Of a stretch of 64,000 bases of DNA, positions 17,155-26,319 are shown one piece after another; positions within the stretch are counted from its first letter, which is position 1, and the number at the start of each line of letters is the position of its first letter. Source of the stretch: an uncultured virus (IMG/VR IMGVR_UViG_3300042922_000636). Its lineage: Duplodnaviria; Heunggongvirae; Uroviricota; Caudoviricetes. Where the stretch lies: IMG/VR virus record IMGVR_UViG_3300042922_000636; one strand, written 5' to 3'. The notes beneath the pieces are model-generated. The model was given only the letters and a program-made list of their open reading frames with translations. It was not told where the DNA came from and ran no database searches. The translations under genes and the position numbers were made by a program.

Positions 17155-17532
17155 ATCCCGCTGGACTGTGCAAAAAAACAGGCAGCGGGATTTGTGCTTC
17201 CCGGAGTTGGTGCTCTTCGCCGGGAACCTCGTCCCGCCGCCACACGCTCTCACTTCCCCAGCTGAGCGACCGCGCCGCCATGACGTCCCCTCGTGCCGTA
17301 CCGGCCTGGGATCGAGCGCGCATCGGATCGCACGCGCCCAGAGCGGTGATGCGCGGCGGGACCCGGTCTTCCCTGCTGTGGTCGCCTGACAAGCGGCGCG
17401 AGTAGGTCGAAGGAGGTCGCTCACGTCACACGAGCGGTCGCCCATACCAGCGGGACCGCACCCGCAGGGTCAGCGGGACGGGGACGAACACACGGCCTGC
17501 CAGCGCGCAGGGTCCGTACGCCCCGTCCCGCT
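17155..17532 (+). ncRNA. Candidate structured RNA / late leader
   Basis: Five consecutive stem-closed domains after an extended -10 (TGTTATGCT, 17140-17148); no credible CDS. Confidence 0.5.
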
Positions 17533-17551
17533 CAAACCACGGAGGGTGAGC

Positions 17552-17884
17552 ATGAGCGCGAACAACAAGCTCGCCGCGACGTTCTACCCGGACGAACCCG
17601 CAAGCCGCCCCAGCATCCGGAACGGCAAGGGCAAGGCAGCGTTCAAGCGCAAGCGGGAGCAGCTACTGCGCCGGGTACAGCGAGACGAACTGCCGTGCCA
17701 CATCTGCGGCCTACCGTTCGACCTGACACTCCCACCCCAGCACGCCATGTCGTTCACCGCTGACCACGTCGAACCGCTCGCTCTCGGCGGACACCTCGTC
17801 CGCAACGAACTCTTACCCGCCCACCGATCGTGCAACGCCCGACGCGGCGCCCACGGAGACCCCGAGATCTGGGAAGCCAGCTGA
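17552..17884 (+). CDS. Terminase-associated HNH endonuclease
   Basis: CHICG...TADHVEP...PAHRSCNARRG, directly before the terminase. Confidence 0.85.
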   Translation: MSANNKLAATFYPDEPASRPSIRNGKGKAAFKRKREQLLRRVQRDELPCHICGLPFDLTLPPQHAMSFTADHVEPLALGGHLVRNELLPAHRSCNARRGAHGDPEIWEAS

Positions 17885-17885
17885 C

Positions 17886-17960
17886 AGGGGTGGGGAGGTA
17901 CCCCGGACTCATCCCAGCCGGACACCTCCCGCCCGGTCGCTCCGCTTCTCTCTCCACGCG
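17886..17960. other. Candidate cos/packaging region
   Basis: Intergenic between HNH and TerS; GGGGTGGGGAGGTACCCC and CTTCTCTCTCC tracts. Assignment inferred from position. Confidence 0.4.
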
Positions 17961-18001
17961 AATCTGCCCGAGTGGGTCGAAATCCACGGAGGTGAGCCAC
18001 C

Positions 18002-18583
18002 ATGCCGAAGCCTGAGGCTCCCTGCGGCACGTACACGGCCTTTCTGAGGCACCGTCGGCGCGGCGAACCGATCGATGACGCATGCGATCAGGCTCGCGAG
18101 GAGCGAAACGAGGAACGTCGCCGCTCCCGGGGCTCGACGAGGGTCACTTTCCGGCCCGAACCCCACGAAACGACTGGGCTCGGCCCGCGAGGGCAGGAGT
18201 TCTACGAGGCGTTGACGGTGGGCGTGCAGGTTCCCGCTGAGCGGCGTGCTCTGGTCATGGAAGCGGCCCGGATGGCGGATCGCCTCGAGGAACTGAACGA
18301 CGTGATTGCCGGCAAAGGCGTGCTCAAGCTCATGCATTTCCGCGTCCCGCACGCTCTCAACCCAGAAACGGGTGTGATCCGGGTCGAAATGAGCGTGGAT
18401 CACGTCATGGGCGAGGTCCGGCAGCTGCAACTGGCCTTCGAGCGGCTCGCCCGCAGCGTGTTCAAGGACATCGACGCCCTCCGAGCCAAGAGCGGCGGGG
18501 AGAGCGACGGTTTCGATGCATTCTTCGGCGGCGCTCCTAACGTTGTCGGGATCTCAACGGCCGCGTCTCGAAAACAGGCCTGA
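18002..18583 (+). CDS. Terminase small subunit
   Basis: EAARMADRLEEL...EVRQLQLAF; precedes TerL. Confidence 0.75.
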   Translation: MPKPEAPCGTYTAFLRHRRRGEPIDDACDQAREERNEERRRSRGSTRVTFRPEPHETTGLGPRGQEFYEALTVGVQVPAERRALVMEAARMADRLEELNDVIAGKGVLKLMHFRVPHALNPETGVIRVEMSVDHVMGEVRQLQLAFERLARSVFKDIDALRAKSGGESDGFDAFFGGAPNVVGISTAASRKQA

Positions 18584-20036
18584 GGCGGTCGGTTCGCACG
18601 GCGATCACGTTCTCCGGTTCCTGCAGGCGTGCGGCCTGACCCTCGACGAGTGGCAGGCGTACGTCATCGGCGGCCTGTTCGACGTCGGGCCCGATCAGAC
18701 GTGGGCGGCGACCGAGTTCGGCGCCCTGGTGAGTCGGCAGAACGGCAAGGGCGAGTTCCTCGTCGGGTACGACCTCGCGCACCTGTTCCTGTTCCCGCGG
18801 CTCGACAACCGCCGGAAGACGATCCTGCACACCGCTCATGAGATGAAGACCGCGATCGACGGCTTCCAGCGGCTCGTCGGTGTGATCGAGGCGAACCCGA
18901 AGCTCATGGCGCGGGTCGAGAACATCTACACCGCGAATGGGCAAGAGGGCATCGTTCTGAAGAAACGCGCCGGCCAGCAGCTCGCCGACCGGATCCGGTT
19001 CATCGCTCGCTCGAAGAGTTCCGGACGTGGTTTCACCGCCGACGTGCTGGTGTACGACGAGGCGCAGGAGCTCAGCCTGCAGGCGCAGCGCGCGCTGACG
19101 TACACGCAGTCGCAGATCGCGAACCGGCAGGAGCTGTTCACCGGCACCGTGCCCGAGGAGGGCGTCAACGACTCCGAGGTGTGGCAGGGCGTCCGCGATC
19201 GCGGCCGGTCGAAGCGCGGCCGGCGCACGGGGTGGATGGAATGGACCCCGGAAGGGTCCGAGGACCCGGAGATCGCCGACAGCATCGACTTCGGCGACCC
19301 GCAGGTGTGGTGCGACTCGAACCCGAGCCTCGGGATCCGGATGCCGCTGCAGTCGGTGGTGGATCAGTACGAGCGCGCGATGGAGACGGACCCTGACGGG
19401 TTCGCCCGGGAGCGACTATCGATCTGGCCGAACCCGCGTCCCGCCGTCGAGGCGAAACTCTCCGACCTGGACCTGGGGCAGTGGCGCAGCCACGTGGACC
19501 CCGAAGCGTCCGTGCGCGGTGACGGCGCGGTCATCTCCCTCGCCCTCGGGCGCGGCGGCGGGTTCGCGACGATCGGCAAGGCCATCCGGATTGACGCCGA
19601 CCACATCGCCGTCGAGCACCACAAGACCGCGGCGCAGACCCGCTGGGTCGCCGAGGAACTCGGGACGCTGAAGGCGGAGCTCGGGAACGCGCTGATCGTC
19701 GTCGACCCGAAGAACGCGGCGCCCGTGCTGTCGTCGCTGGATCAGGCGGGCATCAAATACCTGTCGATGAACCTCGACGAGATAGCCGCCGCGCACTCGC
19801 TGTTCATCGAGTACGTGAACGCCGGACTCGTGCCGCACCGCGACCAGGACGAGGTCACAAAGAGCCTCGCGCTCGCCACGACCCGCCCCCTAGGCCGCGC
19901 CGGCTCTACCTGGGAGCCCTCCGACCCGCGGAAGCCGATCTCACAAGCTCAGGCGGTCACGTGGGCGCTGTGGGGCGTTCTGAAGTCCGAGGCGACACCG
20001 AAGAAGAAGCCCGCGCGAGTGCGTGGTTACGCGTGA
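18516..20036 (+). CDS. Terminase large subunit
   Basis: Walker A SRQNGKG, Walker B LVYDEAQ, GTVP, SNPSLG. Confidence 0.93.
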   Translation: MHSSAALLTLSGSQRPRLENRPEAVGSHGDHVLRFLQACGLTLDEWQAYVIGGLFDVGPDQTWAATEFGALVSRQNGKGEFLVGYDLAHLFLFPRLDNRRKTILHTAHEMKTAIDGFQRLVGVIEANPKLMARVENIYTANGQEGIVLKKRAGQQLADRIRFIARSKSSGRGFTADVLVYDEAQELSLQAQRALTYTQSQIANRQELFTGTVPEEGVNDSEVWQGVRDRGRSKRGRRTGWMEWTPEGSEDPEIADSIDFGDPQVWCDSNPSLGIRMPLQSVVDQYERAMETDPDGFARERLSIWPNPRPAVEAKLSDLDLGQWRSHVDPEASVRGDGAVISLALGRGGGFATIGKAIRIDADHIAVEHHKTAAQTRWVAEELGTLKAELGNALIVVDPKNAAPVLSSLDQAGIKYLSMNLDEIAAAHSLFIEYVNAGLVPHRDQDEVTKSLALATTRPLGRAGSTWEPSDPRKPISQAQAVTWALWGVLKSEATPKKKPARVRGYA

Positions 20037-20048
20037 TGGGGGTGACAG

Positions 20049-21347
20049 ATGGATGCTGCCGGCATCGGTGAGCTGATCACCTCGAAGACGACGGAGATCC
20101 GCGCGGAGTGGGCTCGGCTCGCGACCCTGCAGAAGCGCATCGACGGAGCTCTCGTCCGAACTTGGATGCCGGACAACGCCGACGCCGAGTACCGGGATCT
20201 GTTTCGGAAGGCGTCGTCGCCGTGGCTCGCATTCGTCCGCGACTGCATCGCGCAGGGCCTGCTCATCGACGGGTACACGTCAGAGCGGGTCTGGGAGCTC
20301 GGCTGGCAGGCGAACGGCATGGACGGCCGCCAGGGCGCAGTGAACCGGGAGATCGTCGGGCTCGGCAAGGCCTTCGGGCTTTCCCTCCCCGCCGCCGGCG
20401 ACGGTGTCGTCATGCGGCCGCTGTCCGCGCAGCGCACGTTCGCGTCGTTCGCGACCCCGTGGGACGAGTACCCGCAGTGGGTCCTCACCCGTCTGGGGAA
20501 GCTCACCGCGTCGTTCTGGGACTCCGACTGGCTGCTCGTCGACGCCGAAGCCGCGCACTACTTCAGCGGCGACCCCCGCACACCCCAGGGACTCCGAGTC
20601 GACGAACACAACCTCGGCTTCACGCCCGTCGTGCAGCTGTCGAACACCCTCTCGATGGCCGGCGAACCACAGTCCTCCGTGGCATCGGCAGTACCGATCT
20701 ACCAGCGGATCGTCGACGCGACCTTCACCCTGCAGATGGTGCAGCGCTACGGCGCCTTCCCACAGAAGTGGATGGCTGGCGGCGAACTCGCGACCGACGC
20801 GAACGGGCAACCGCTCGTCCGGATCTCATCCGACAGCCTCCTACACGCCTCGGGCGAGGGTGGCGAGACGGCGCGCTTCGGCACGTTCGAGCCCGCGGAC
20901 CTGAACCAGGTCGTCGCGGCTCTCGACGCGCACATCAAGCACCTGTCCGCGGTGTGCCAGGTGCCGCCGCACTACCTGCTCGGCGCGGTCGTGAACATGT
21001 CCGCTGAGGGCATCGCGGCCGCCGAGTCCGGGTACTTCCGGAACGTCGCCGACCGTCAGATGGCGATCGGCGAGGGCTACGAGCTCTGGATGCGGACGGC
21101 CGCGGCAATCCTCGAGGACACCGAGGCAGCGCAGGCGACGTCGTCGCAGGTGCACTGGGCCGACGTGTCGTCCCGGTCGCTCGGCCAGATCTCGGACGCG
21201 GTTCTCAAGCTCTCCACCGTGGGAGCGCCGCTCGAGCTGCTGTTCGCGATGGTCCCCGGCTGGTCGAAGACGGATGTCCTCGAAGCGGCCGCGGCGGTGC
21301 GCGAGCAGCGTCAGGCGCAGGCGGTTCTTCCGCCCGCGTCCCAGTAA
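20049..21347 (+). CDS. Portal protein
   Basis: WQANGMD and VPPHYL..NMSAE motifs; synteny. Confidence 0.9.
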   Translation: MDAAGIGELITSKTTEIRAEWARLATLQKRIDGALVRTWMPDNADAEYRDLFRKASSPWLAFVRDCIAQGLLIDGYTSERVWELGWQANGMDGRQGAVNREIVGLGKAFGLSLPAAGDGVVMRPLSAQRTFASFATPWDEYPQWVLTRLGKLTASFWDSDWLLVDAEAAHYFSGDPRTPQGLRVDEHNLGFTPVVQLSNTLSMAGEPQSSVASAVPIYQRIVDATFTLQMVQRYGAFPQKWMAGGELATDANGQPLVRISSDSLLHASGEGGETARFGTFEPADLNQVVAALDAHIKHLSAVCQVPPHYLLGAVVNMSAEGIAAAESGYFRNVADRQMAIGEGYELWMRTAAAILEDTEAAQATSSQVHWADVSSRSLGQISDAVLKLSTVGAPLELLFAMVPGWSKTDVLEAAAAVREQRQAQAVLPPASQ

Positions 21348-21420
21348 CTCACCCGCGTCTGCGGGGTCAGGTACGCCAGCTGTCTCTGGCGGCATATCGA
21401 CGGATCTACGGAGGTCACCC

Positions 21421-22011
21421 ATGTCCATCCCCGCACCCACCGAACCGGCACCCCAGCCGACCGACCCGGCCCCGACGCCCGAACCGCCCGCCTACACGGC
21501 GCCTGCGAGTCAGGCCGAGCTCGACCGGATCGTCGAGGCGCGACTCGCCCGCGAGCGCGAGAAGTACAAGGGGCACGACGACTACAAGTCGAAGGCCGAG
21601 AAGTGGGATCAGCTCGAGGAAGAGAAGAAGACGCCGAGCGAGAAAGCGATCGAGGAAGCGACTCAGCGAGTCGCCGGCGAGACCGCGGCCAAGTACGAGC
21701 GTCGCATCGCCACGACCGAGATCAAGGCGCTGGCGGCTTCCGCCGGTTTCCTCGACCCGGCCGACGCGGTGCTCGTGGTCCTGGGGGATGGCGACATCCC
21801 GAAGAAGGACGACGACCTCGACGTCGACGAGCTCAAGCAGCGCGTCGAGAAGCTGGCGCAGGACAAGCCCTACCTGGTGAAGGAGCCGTCGCGGACCCCG
21901 CGCACGCGCCCCCAGCCTCGGCCGGGTGACAAGCAGGACGAGACCGCGAAGAGCGGGAAGAGCAAGGCTGCGGCCGCGCTCCGGCAGCTGGGCGCCAAGC
22001 GCCTGCAGTAG
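21421..22011 (+). CDS. Capsid scaffolding protein
   Basis: SQAELDRIVEARLARER...KPYL; GGAGG RBS. Confidence 0.85.
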   Translation: MSIPAPTEPAPQPTDPAPTPEPPAYTAPASQAELDRIVEARLAREREKYKGHDDYKSKAEKWDQLEEEKKTPSEKAIEEATQRVAGETAAKYERRIATTEIKALAASAGFLDPADAVLVVLGDGDIPKKDDDLDVDELKQRVEKLAQDKPYLVKEPSRTPRTRPQPRPGDKQDETAKSGKSKAAAALRQLGAKRLQ

Positions 22012-22064
22012 CCACCCTCCACCACTCACGCGCCGGCCAGGCGCTTTCATCGTCAGGAGACGAA

Positions 22065-22994
22065 ATGGCAGACATCTCGCGCGCCGAAGTGGCGACGCTC
22101 ATCCAGGAGGAGTACAGCAACGCGCTCCTCGACAACGTCGCGGTCAGCTCCGCAGCGATCGCCGCGTTCGGGACCGTGCCTCTCGGCACGAAGATCACGA
22201 ACGCCCCGGTCCTGACGACCCTCCCCGAAGCGGGCTGGGTATCGGAGTCCGCGACCGCCGCCGAGGGCGTCAAGCCGACCTCGCAGGTCGTCTGGGCCAA
22301 CAAGCAGTTCGTCGTCGAAGAGGTCGCGGTCATCATCCCGATCCACGAGGACACCCTCGAGGACGCGACCGAGGACCTCCTCGCGAACATCACCCTCCTC
22401 GGCGGTCAGGCGATCGGCAAGAAGCTCGACCAGGCCATCTTCTTCGGCGTGCAGAAGCCGGCGACGTGGCTCAGCCCCGACCTGCTGGCCGCCGCGACCG
22501 CCGCGGGCAACATCTTCCAGGTGTCGGCCACGCCCGGTGAGGACGACCTCGCGGGGTCGATCTTCCAGGCCGCCGGCGCGGTCGCCGACTCCGGCGCGAA
22601 CCCGACCGACATCGTGTCGTCCGCGGGTCTGCGCTTCCGTCTCGCGAACCTCCGCGCGACGGACGGCACGGCGATCCTGTCGCGCACGATGGGTGGCGAT
22701 GGCACGTTCTCGGACGACATCGCCGGTCTCGACGCGCAGTTCGTGAAGAACGGAGCCTGGGACAACGCCCTCGCGACCGCGATCATCGCGGACGGTGACC
22801 GGGTGAAGATCGGCGTCCGTCAGGACATCACGGTGAAGTTCCTCGATCAGGCCACGGTCGGCGGCATCAACCTCGCCGAGCGTGACATGGTCGCGCTGCG
22901 CTTCAAGGCCCGGTACGCGTACGTGCTCGGCAACACCATTACCACGCAGGGCACCGCCTCGGAGCCCGTCGCCGCTGTCACCCCGGCAGCCTGA
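22065..22994 (+). CDS. Major capsid protein (HK97 fold)
   Basis: AGWVSE..EG.KP, AVIIP, NLAERDMVALR motifs. Confidence 0.93.
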   Translation: MADISRAEVATLIQEEYSNALLDNVAVSSAAIAAFGTVPLGTKITNAPVLTTLPEAGWVSESATAAEGVKPTSQVVWANKQFVVEEVAVIIPIHEDTLEDATEDLLANITLLGGQAIGKKLDQAIFFGVQKPATWLSPDLLAAATAAGNIFQVSATPGEDDLAGSIFQAAGAVADSGANPTDIVSSAGLRFRLANLRATDGTAILSRTMGGDGTFSDDIAGLDAQFVKNGAWDNALATAIIADGDRVKIGVRQDITVKFLDQATVGGINLAERDMVALRFKARYAYVLGNTITTQGTASEPVAAVTPAA

Positions 22995-23008
22995 GCGAAG
23001 GAGCGGAC

Positions 23009-23269
23009 ATGGCAACGCTGACGCACCCGAAGGGGCGCACGGTCGTCGTTCCCGACGAGACCGTGGACTACTACACCTCGAAGGGGTGGGTGGTTCCCGG
23101 GAAGGCCGAGAAGAACGAGGCCGAGACGGTCGAGATCCCCGACGGCGAGCCGTCCGAGGACTGGTCCGCAAAGCAGCTGGACGCGTTCGCGGAGCGCGCC
23201 GGCATCGATCTCGGCGGCGCAACGAAGAAGGCCGACAAGGTCGCAGCGATCGCCTCGGCGAAGGCCTAA
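23009..23269 (+). CDS. HeH/LEM-like virion protein
   Basis: PSEDWSAKQLDAFAERAGIDL..TKKAD. Confidence 0.7.
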   Translation: MATLTHPKGRTVVVPDETVDYYTSKGWVVPGKAEKNEAETVEIPDGEPSEDWSAKQLDAFAERAGIDLGGATKKADKVAAIASAKA

Positions 23270-23287
23270 CGGGAAGGGGGAGGAGCG

Positions 23288-23728
23288 GTGGCTCTGAATC
23301 TGACGATCGAGGATGTGACTCCGTTCCTCCCCACTCTCGACCCAGCCCACACCGTCCGGGTCGGGGCATGGATCCCCGTGCTGTCGATGCTGCTGGACAA
23401 GCGGTACGGCGACCGGATCACGACCGACGACCGGGTGCTGTTCGTGTCCGCGTCGGCTGACGCACTCGAGCGGCGACTCTCCAAGCCCGCCGGCTTGATC
23501 GACTCGCAGAGCATCGGCTCAGCGGGCGTGAAGTACAACCCCCGCGCGGCTCTCGCGCGCTGGTTCCTGCCCGAGGAACTCGACCAACTTGACGACGCCT
23601 GCGGGCTCGGGGGCAGCATCCGTTCCGTCCGAGCCGCCGCACCCGACGGGGTCCGCTTCGGCAACTCCGAAGCCCCGTACATGGCGGCCGTCATCGCCGC
23701 CGGCATCCCGATCGCCGAGGAGAACTGA
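23288..23728 (+). CDS. Head-to-tail adaptor
   Basis: Synteny; SQSIGS..V.Y...FLPEEL. Confidence 0.7.
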   Translation: MALNLTIEDVTPFLPTLDPAHTVRVGAWIPVLSMLLDKRYGDRITTDDRVLFVSASADALERRLSKPAGLIDSQSIGSAGVKYNPRAALARWFLPEELDQLDDACGLGGSIRSVRAAAPDGVRFGNSEAPYMAAVIAAGIPIAEEN

Positions 23729-24090
23729 TGATCTTCCCGCACGGACGCACCGTCTACCGGATCCGCGGCGGGCTCATGCCGGACCCGTACAACCCCGACG
23801 CGCAGATCCCCGAAGACTGGGACAACCCCGACGTTCTGGATATCCCTGGGTCGTTCATCGCCCAGTCATCCACCTCGCTGCTCGGCAGTGCGACGCGCGA
23901 GCAAGCGGTCGAGTCAAAGTCGCTCTTCTGCGACGGTGAGCACGACGTGCAGAAGGGCGACCGGATCCGCGATGGCGGAGAAGGTGCACCGGTCTACACG
24001 ATCGACGGGATCCCGCCCGCGGCGGACTCGAACCCGTGGACGGGCTGGACGCCGCCGCGAGAGATCCCGCTGACGCGCTATGTCGGCTGA
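23728..24090 (+). CDS. Head-to-tail stopper
   Basis: DPY...DW...GDRI...YTIDG.P...NPWTG. Confidence 0.75.
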   Translation: MIFPHGRTVYRIRGGLMPDPYNPDAQIPEDWDNPDVLDIPGSFIAQSSTSLLGSATREQAVESKSLFCDGEHDVQKGDRIRDGGEGAPVYTIDGIPPAADSNPWTGWTPPREIPLTRYVG

Positions 24091-24104
24091 GAGGAGTGTG
24101 CCGG

Positions 24105-24383
24105 ATGGCTGTGGACTTCAACTCCGCATTCTTCGAGGCGCTGGGCCGCTCGCCGGGTGTGGTCGGGCTGGTCGACGCGGCCGCCGAGAAGATCGCCGCG
24201 ACTGCGCGCAGCACGGCCCCTGTTGACTCGGGCGACTACAAGCGTGGCATCGAGACGAGCGGCAAGTATCAGGACCGGTACGTGGGCCTGGTGGTCGGCA
24301 CTGACCCGAAGACGATGCTCATCGAGAGCAAGACCGGGAATCTGGCCCGCGCGGTCCGGCAGAACGTGAAGCGCCGTGGCTGA
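24105..24383 (+). CDS. Neck protein (HK97 gp10-like)
   Basis: APVDSGDY...IESKTGNLARA. Confidence 0.7.
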   Translation: MAVDFNSAFFEALGRSPGVVGLVDAAAEKIAATARSTAPVDSGDYKRGIETSGKYQDRYVGLVVGTDPKTMLIESKTGNLARAVRQNVKRRG

Positions 24384-24804
24384 CCCGGCGGTGATCTACC
24401 CGGACCTCGAGGACTACCTCATCGGCTGGTACCGGGCGGCGCTCGCAGCGCGTCCGGAGGCTGTGTGCGCCAGCGTCGTGGTCGCGCGGACGGAGTCGGA
24501 AGCGACGACGCCACCGAAGAAGCAACTCATCATCCGCGACGACGGCACCACCCGAGAGACGTTCGTCACCGGGCATGCGTCGATCGGGCTGACTGTCCTG
24601 GCGGGCACAAAGGCGAACCCGAAGGACGCCAAGGCGCTGGCGGCCATCGTGCTCGCGCTGGCGTCGCAGATTCCATCGGCCGACGCCGACAACCCCTTCG
24701 CGTCGCTCGATGCCGCCACAGGGCCGTACATGGTCCCGGAGGCGGCATCGCTCGCCCGGGTCTACTCGACCGCGACGTTCTCCGTCGCCGGCCGGCCCCT
24801 CTGA
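24376..24804 (+). CDS. Tail terminator
   Basis: IIRDDG motif; synteny. Confidence 0.7.
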   Translation: MADPAVIYPDLEDYLIGWYRAALAARPEAVCASVVVARTESEATTPPKKQLIIRDDGTTRETFVTGHASIGLTVLAGTKANPKDAKALAAIVLALASQIPSADADNPFASLDAATGPYMVPEAASLARVYSTATFSVAGRPL

Positions 24805-24896
24805 ACTTCACCCACTGGCGGACGACCTGTCTGCCGCCCACCCATCAACCGCGCCCCGGCACCGTCCGGGGCGTCTGCATATCAAGGAGATGATCC

Positions 24897-25490
24897 ATGG
24901 CTGCCGACAGCTCCGGCAACGACATCCTGGCGGTCGGCGTCCCGGTCACGGGATCCATCGGCTTCGCCCCGTTCGGGACCGACATCCCGACGTCCACGGA
25001 GGGTGCAGCGGACTCGCTGGTCCTCGACCCCGCGTTCGTGAAGATCGGCCTCCTGAAGGAGGACGGTGGTCCGCAGTTCGCGTGGGCCGCGGACGGAGAC
25101 CCGATCCGCTTCTGGCAGGAGGGTTACTCGATCCCCTCCGGTCTCGCGAACGTCACCCTGGCGATCACGGCTGCTGAGATCCTCGCGGAGCACGTGCGCG
25201 AGATCATCGCGGGCATCGCGCCAGACGCGAACGGCTACGTCGAGGTCGACGGCGGTGGGCACGCGACGCAATGGGTCGTGTTCACCGAGGAGATCTTCAA
25301 GAACGGTGCGATCCGCCGGCGTGTGGCCCCGCTCGTGACCCTCGCGTCCTCCACCGAGGACCGGTCGGAGCGTGGCGGCGTCATGGGCAACGCGCTGCTG
25401 TTCAACATCGGCCGGCACGCGTCGGTCGGCATGAAGCACTTCGGCGAGTGGGTGCTGCTCCCCGAAGACGCCGCGCCCGTCACGCCCTGA
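24897..25490 (+). CDS. Major tail protein
   Basis: AP.GT..P...GLLKEDGG...FWQ; AAGGAG RBS. Confidence 0.85.
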   Translation: MAADSSGNDILAVGVPVTGSIGFAPFGTDIPTSTEGAADSLVLDPAFVKIGLLKEDGGPQFAWAADGDPIRFWQEGYSIPSGLANVTLAITAAEILAEHVREIIAGIAPDANGYVEVDGGGHATQWVVFTEEIFKNGAIRRRVAPLVTLASSTEDRSERGGVMGNALLFNIGRHASVGMKHFGEWVLLPEDAAPVTP

Positions 25491-25576
25491 GCTGAGCCGG
25501 GCGGCGGTGCTCGTGGGTGACGCCGCCGCCCGACTCTCCACATCACCCGCATCACCCACGAAAGGACTCACCCACC

Positions 25577-25936
25577 ATGAGCGACACAGAGAAGCCGAAG
25601 CCGGACCCGATCCCCGTTCTCCTCGCGGAGCCCGGCGCTGACGAGCGCCCCACGTTCTACGTGATCGGTGACAACTTCCACGCGGTCACAAGCGACGGGA
25701 TGATCGTCGTTCCGCTGCGGTTCAAGACTGGCCTGTTCAAGAAGGTCATGGCGGCCCAGGGCGACAACCTCGAGCTGTTCCTCCTCCTCGTGGACGGCAT
25801 CGGCAACGAGGACACGATCGCGCAGCTCGACGAACTCGACATCTACGAGTCGATGCCCATCGCGATCGCGTACTTCCGCGCGTGGAAGGAACGCCAGGAC
25901 GCCTCCATGGGGGAAGCGCAGCGCTCCTCGAACTGA
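25577..25936 (+). CDS. Tail assembly chaperone (G)
   Basis: Between major tail and tape measure genes. Confidence 0.8.
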   Translation: MSDTEKPKPDPIPVLLAEPGADERPTFYVIGDNFHAVTSDGMIVVPLRFKTGLFKKVMAAQGDNLELFLLLVDGIGNEDTIAQLDELDIYESMPIAIAYFRAWKERQDASMGEAQRSSN

Positions 25937-26295
25937 TCGAGGAGCACCGCCCCGAGCTCACCTTTGACTTCCGCCGCTACTTCGGGCTCTCGCTGCGAGA
26001 CATCGGCGAGTCGATCACTTACGGCGAAGCGCTCCACCTGGTGTTCGAGCTCCGGAAGGAGTCCGGGTCGCACACACACATGGCCCGGTGGCACCTCTCG
26101 GAGACGGCCTCGCTCGCGGATCTCGCGACGATCCGGCACGCCGAGTGGTACATGAACGGCCACAAGAAGGAAAACACCCCCGAGATCGAGCTGCCGCGGC
26201 CGTGGCAGGCGCCCGATCCGAACGCCGACGTTACGCCCGAACGCCGGGCGGAGCTGAAGGCACAGCTGCAGCGACGCTCCGCGTTCGCCGCCTGA
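25577..26295 (+). CDS. Tail assembly chaperone G-T via -1 frameshift at G-GGG-GAA (25909-25915)
   Basis: Slippery run ATG GGG GAA; -1 frame open to 26295 (DFRRYFGLSLRD). Confidence 0.8.
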
Positions 26296-26319
26296 CCCAC
26301 AGGATCGAGGTGGTCGGCC

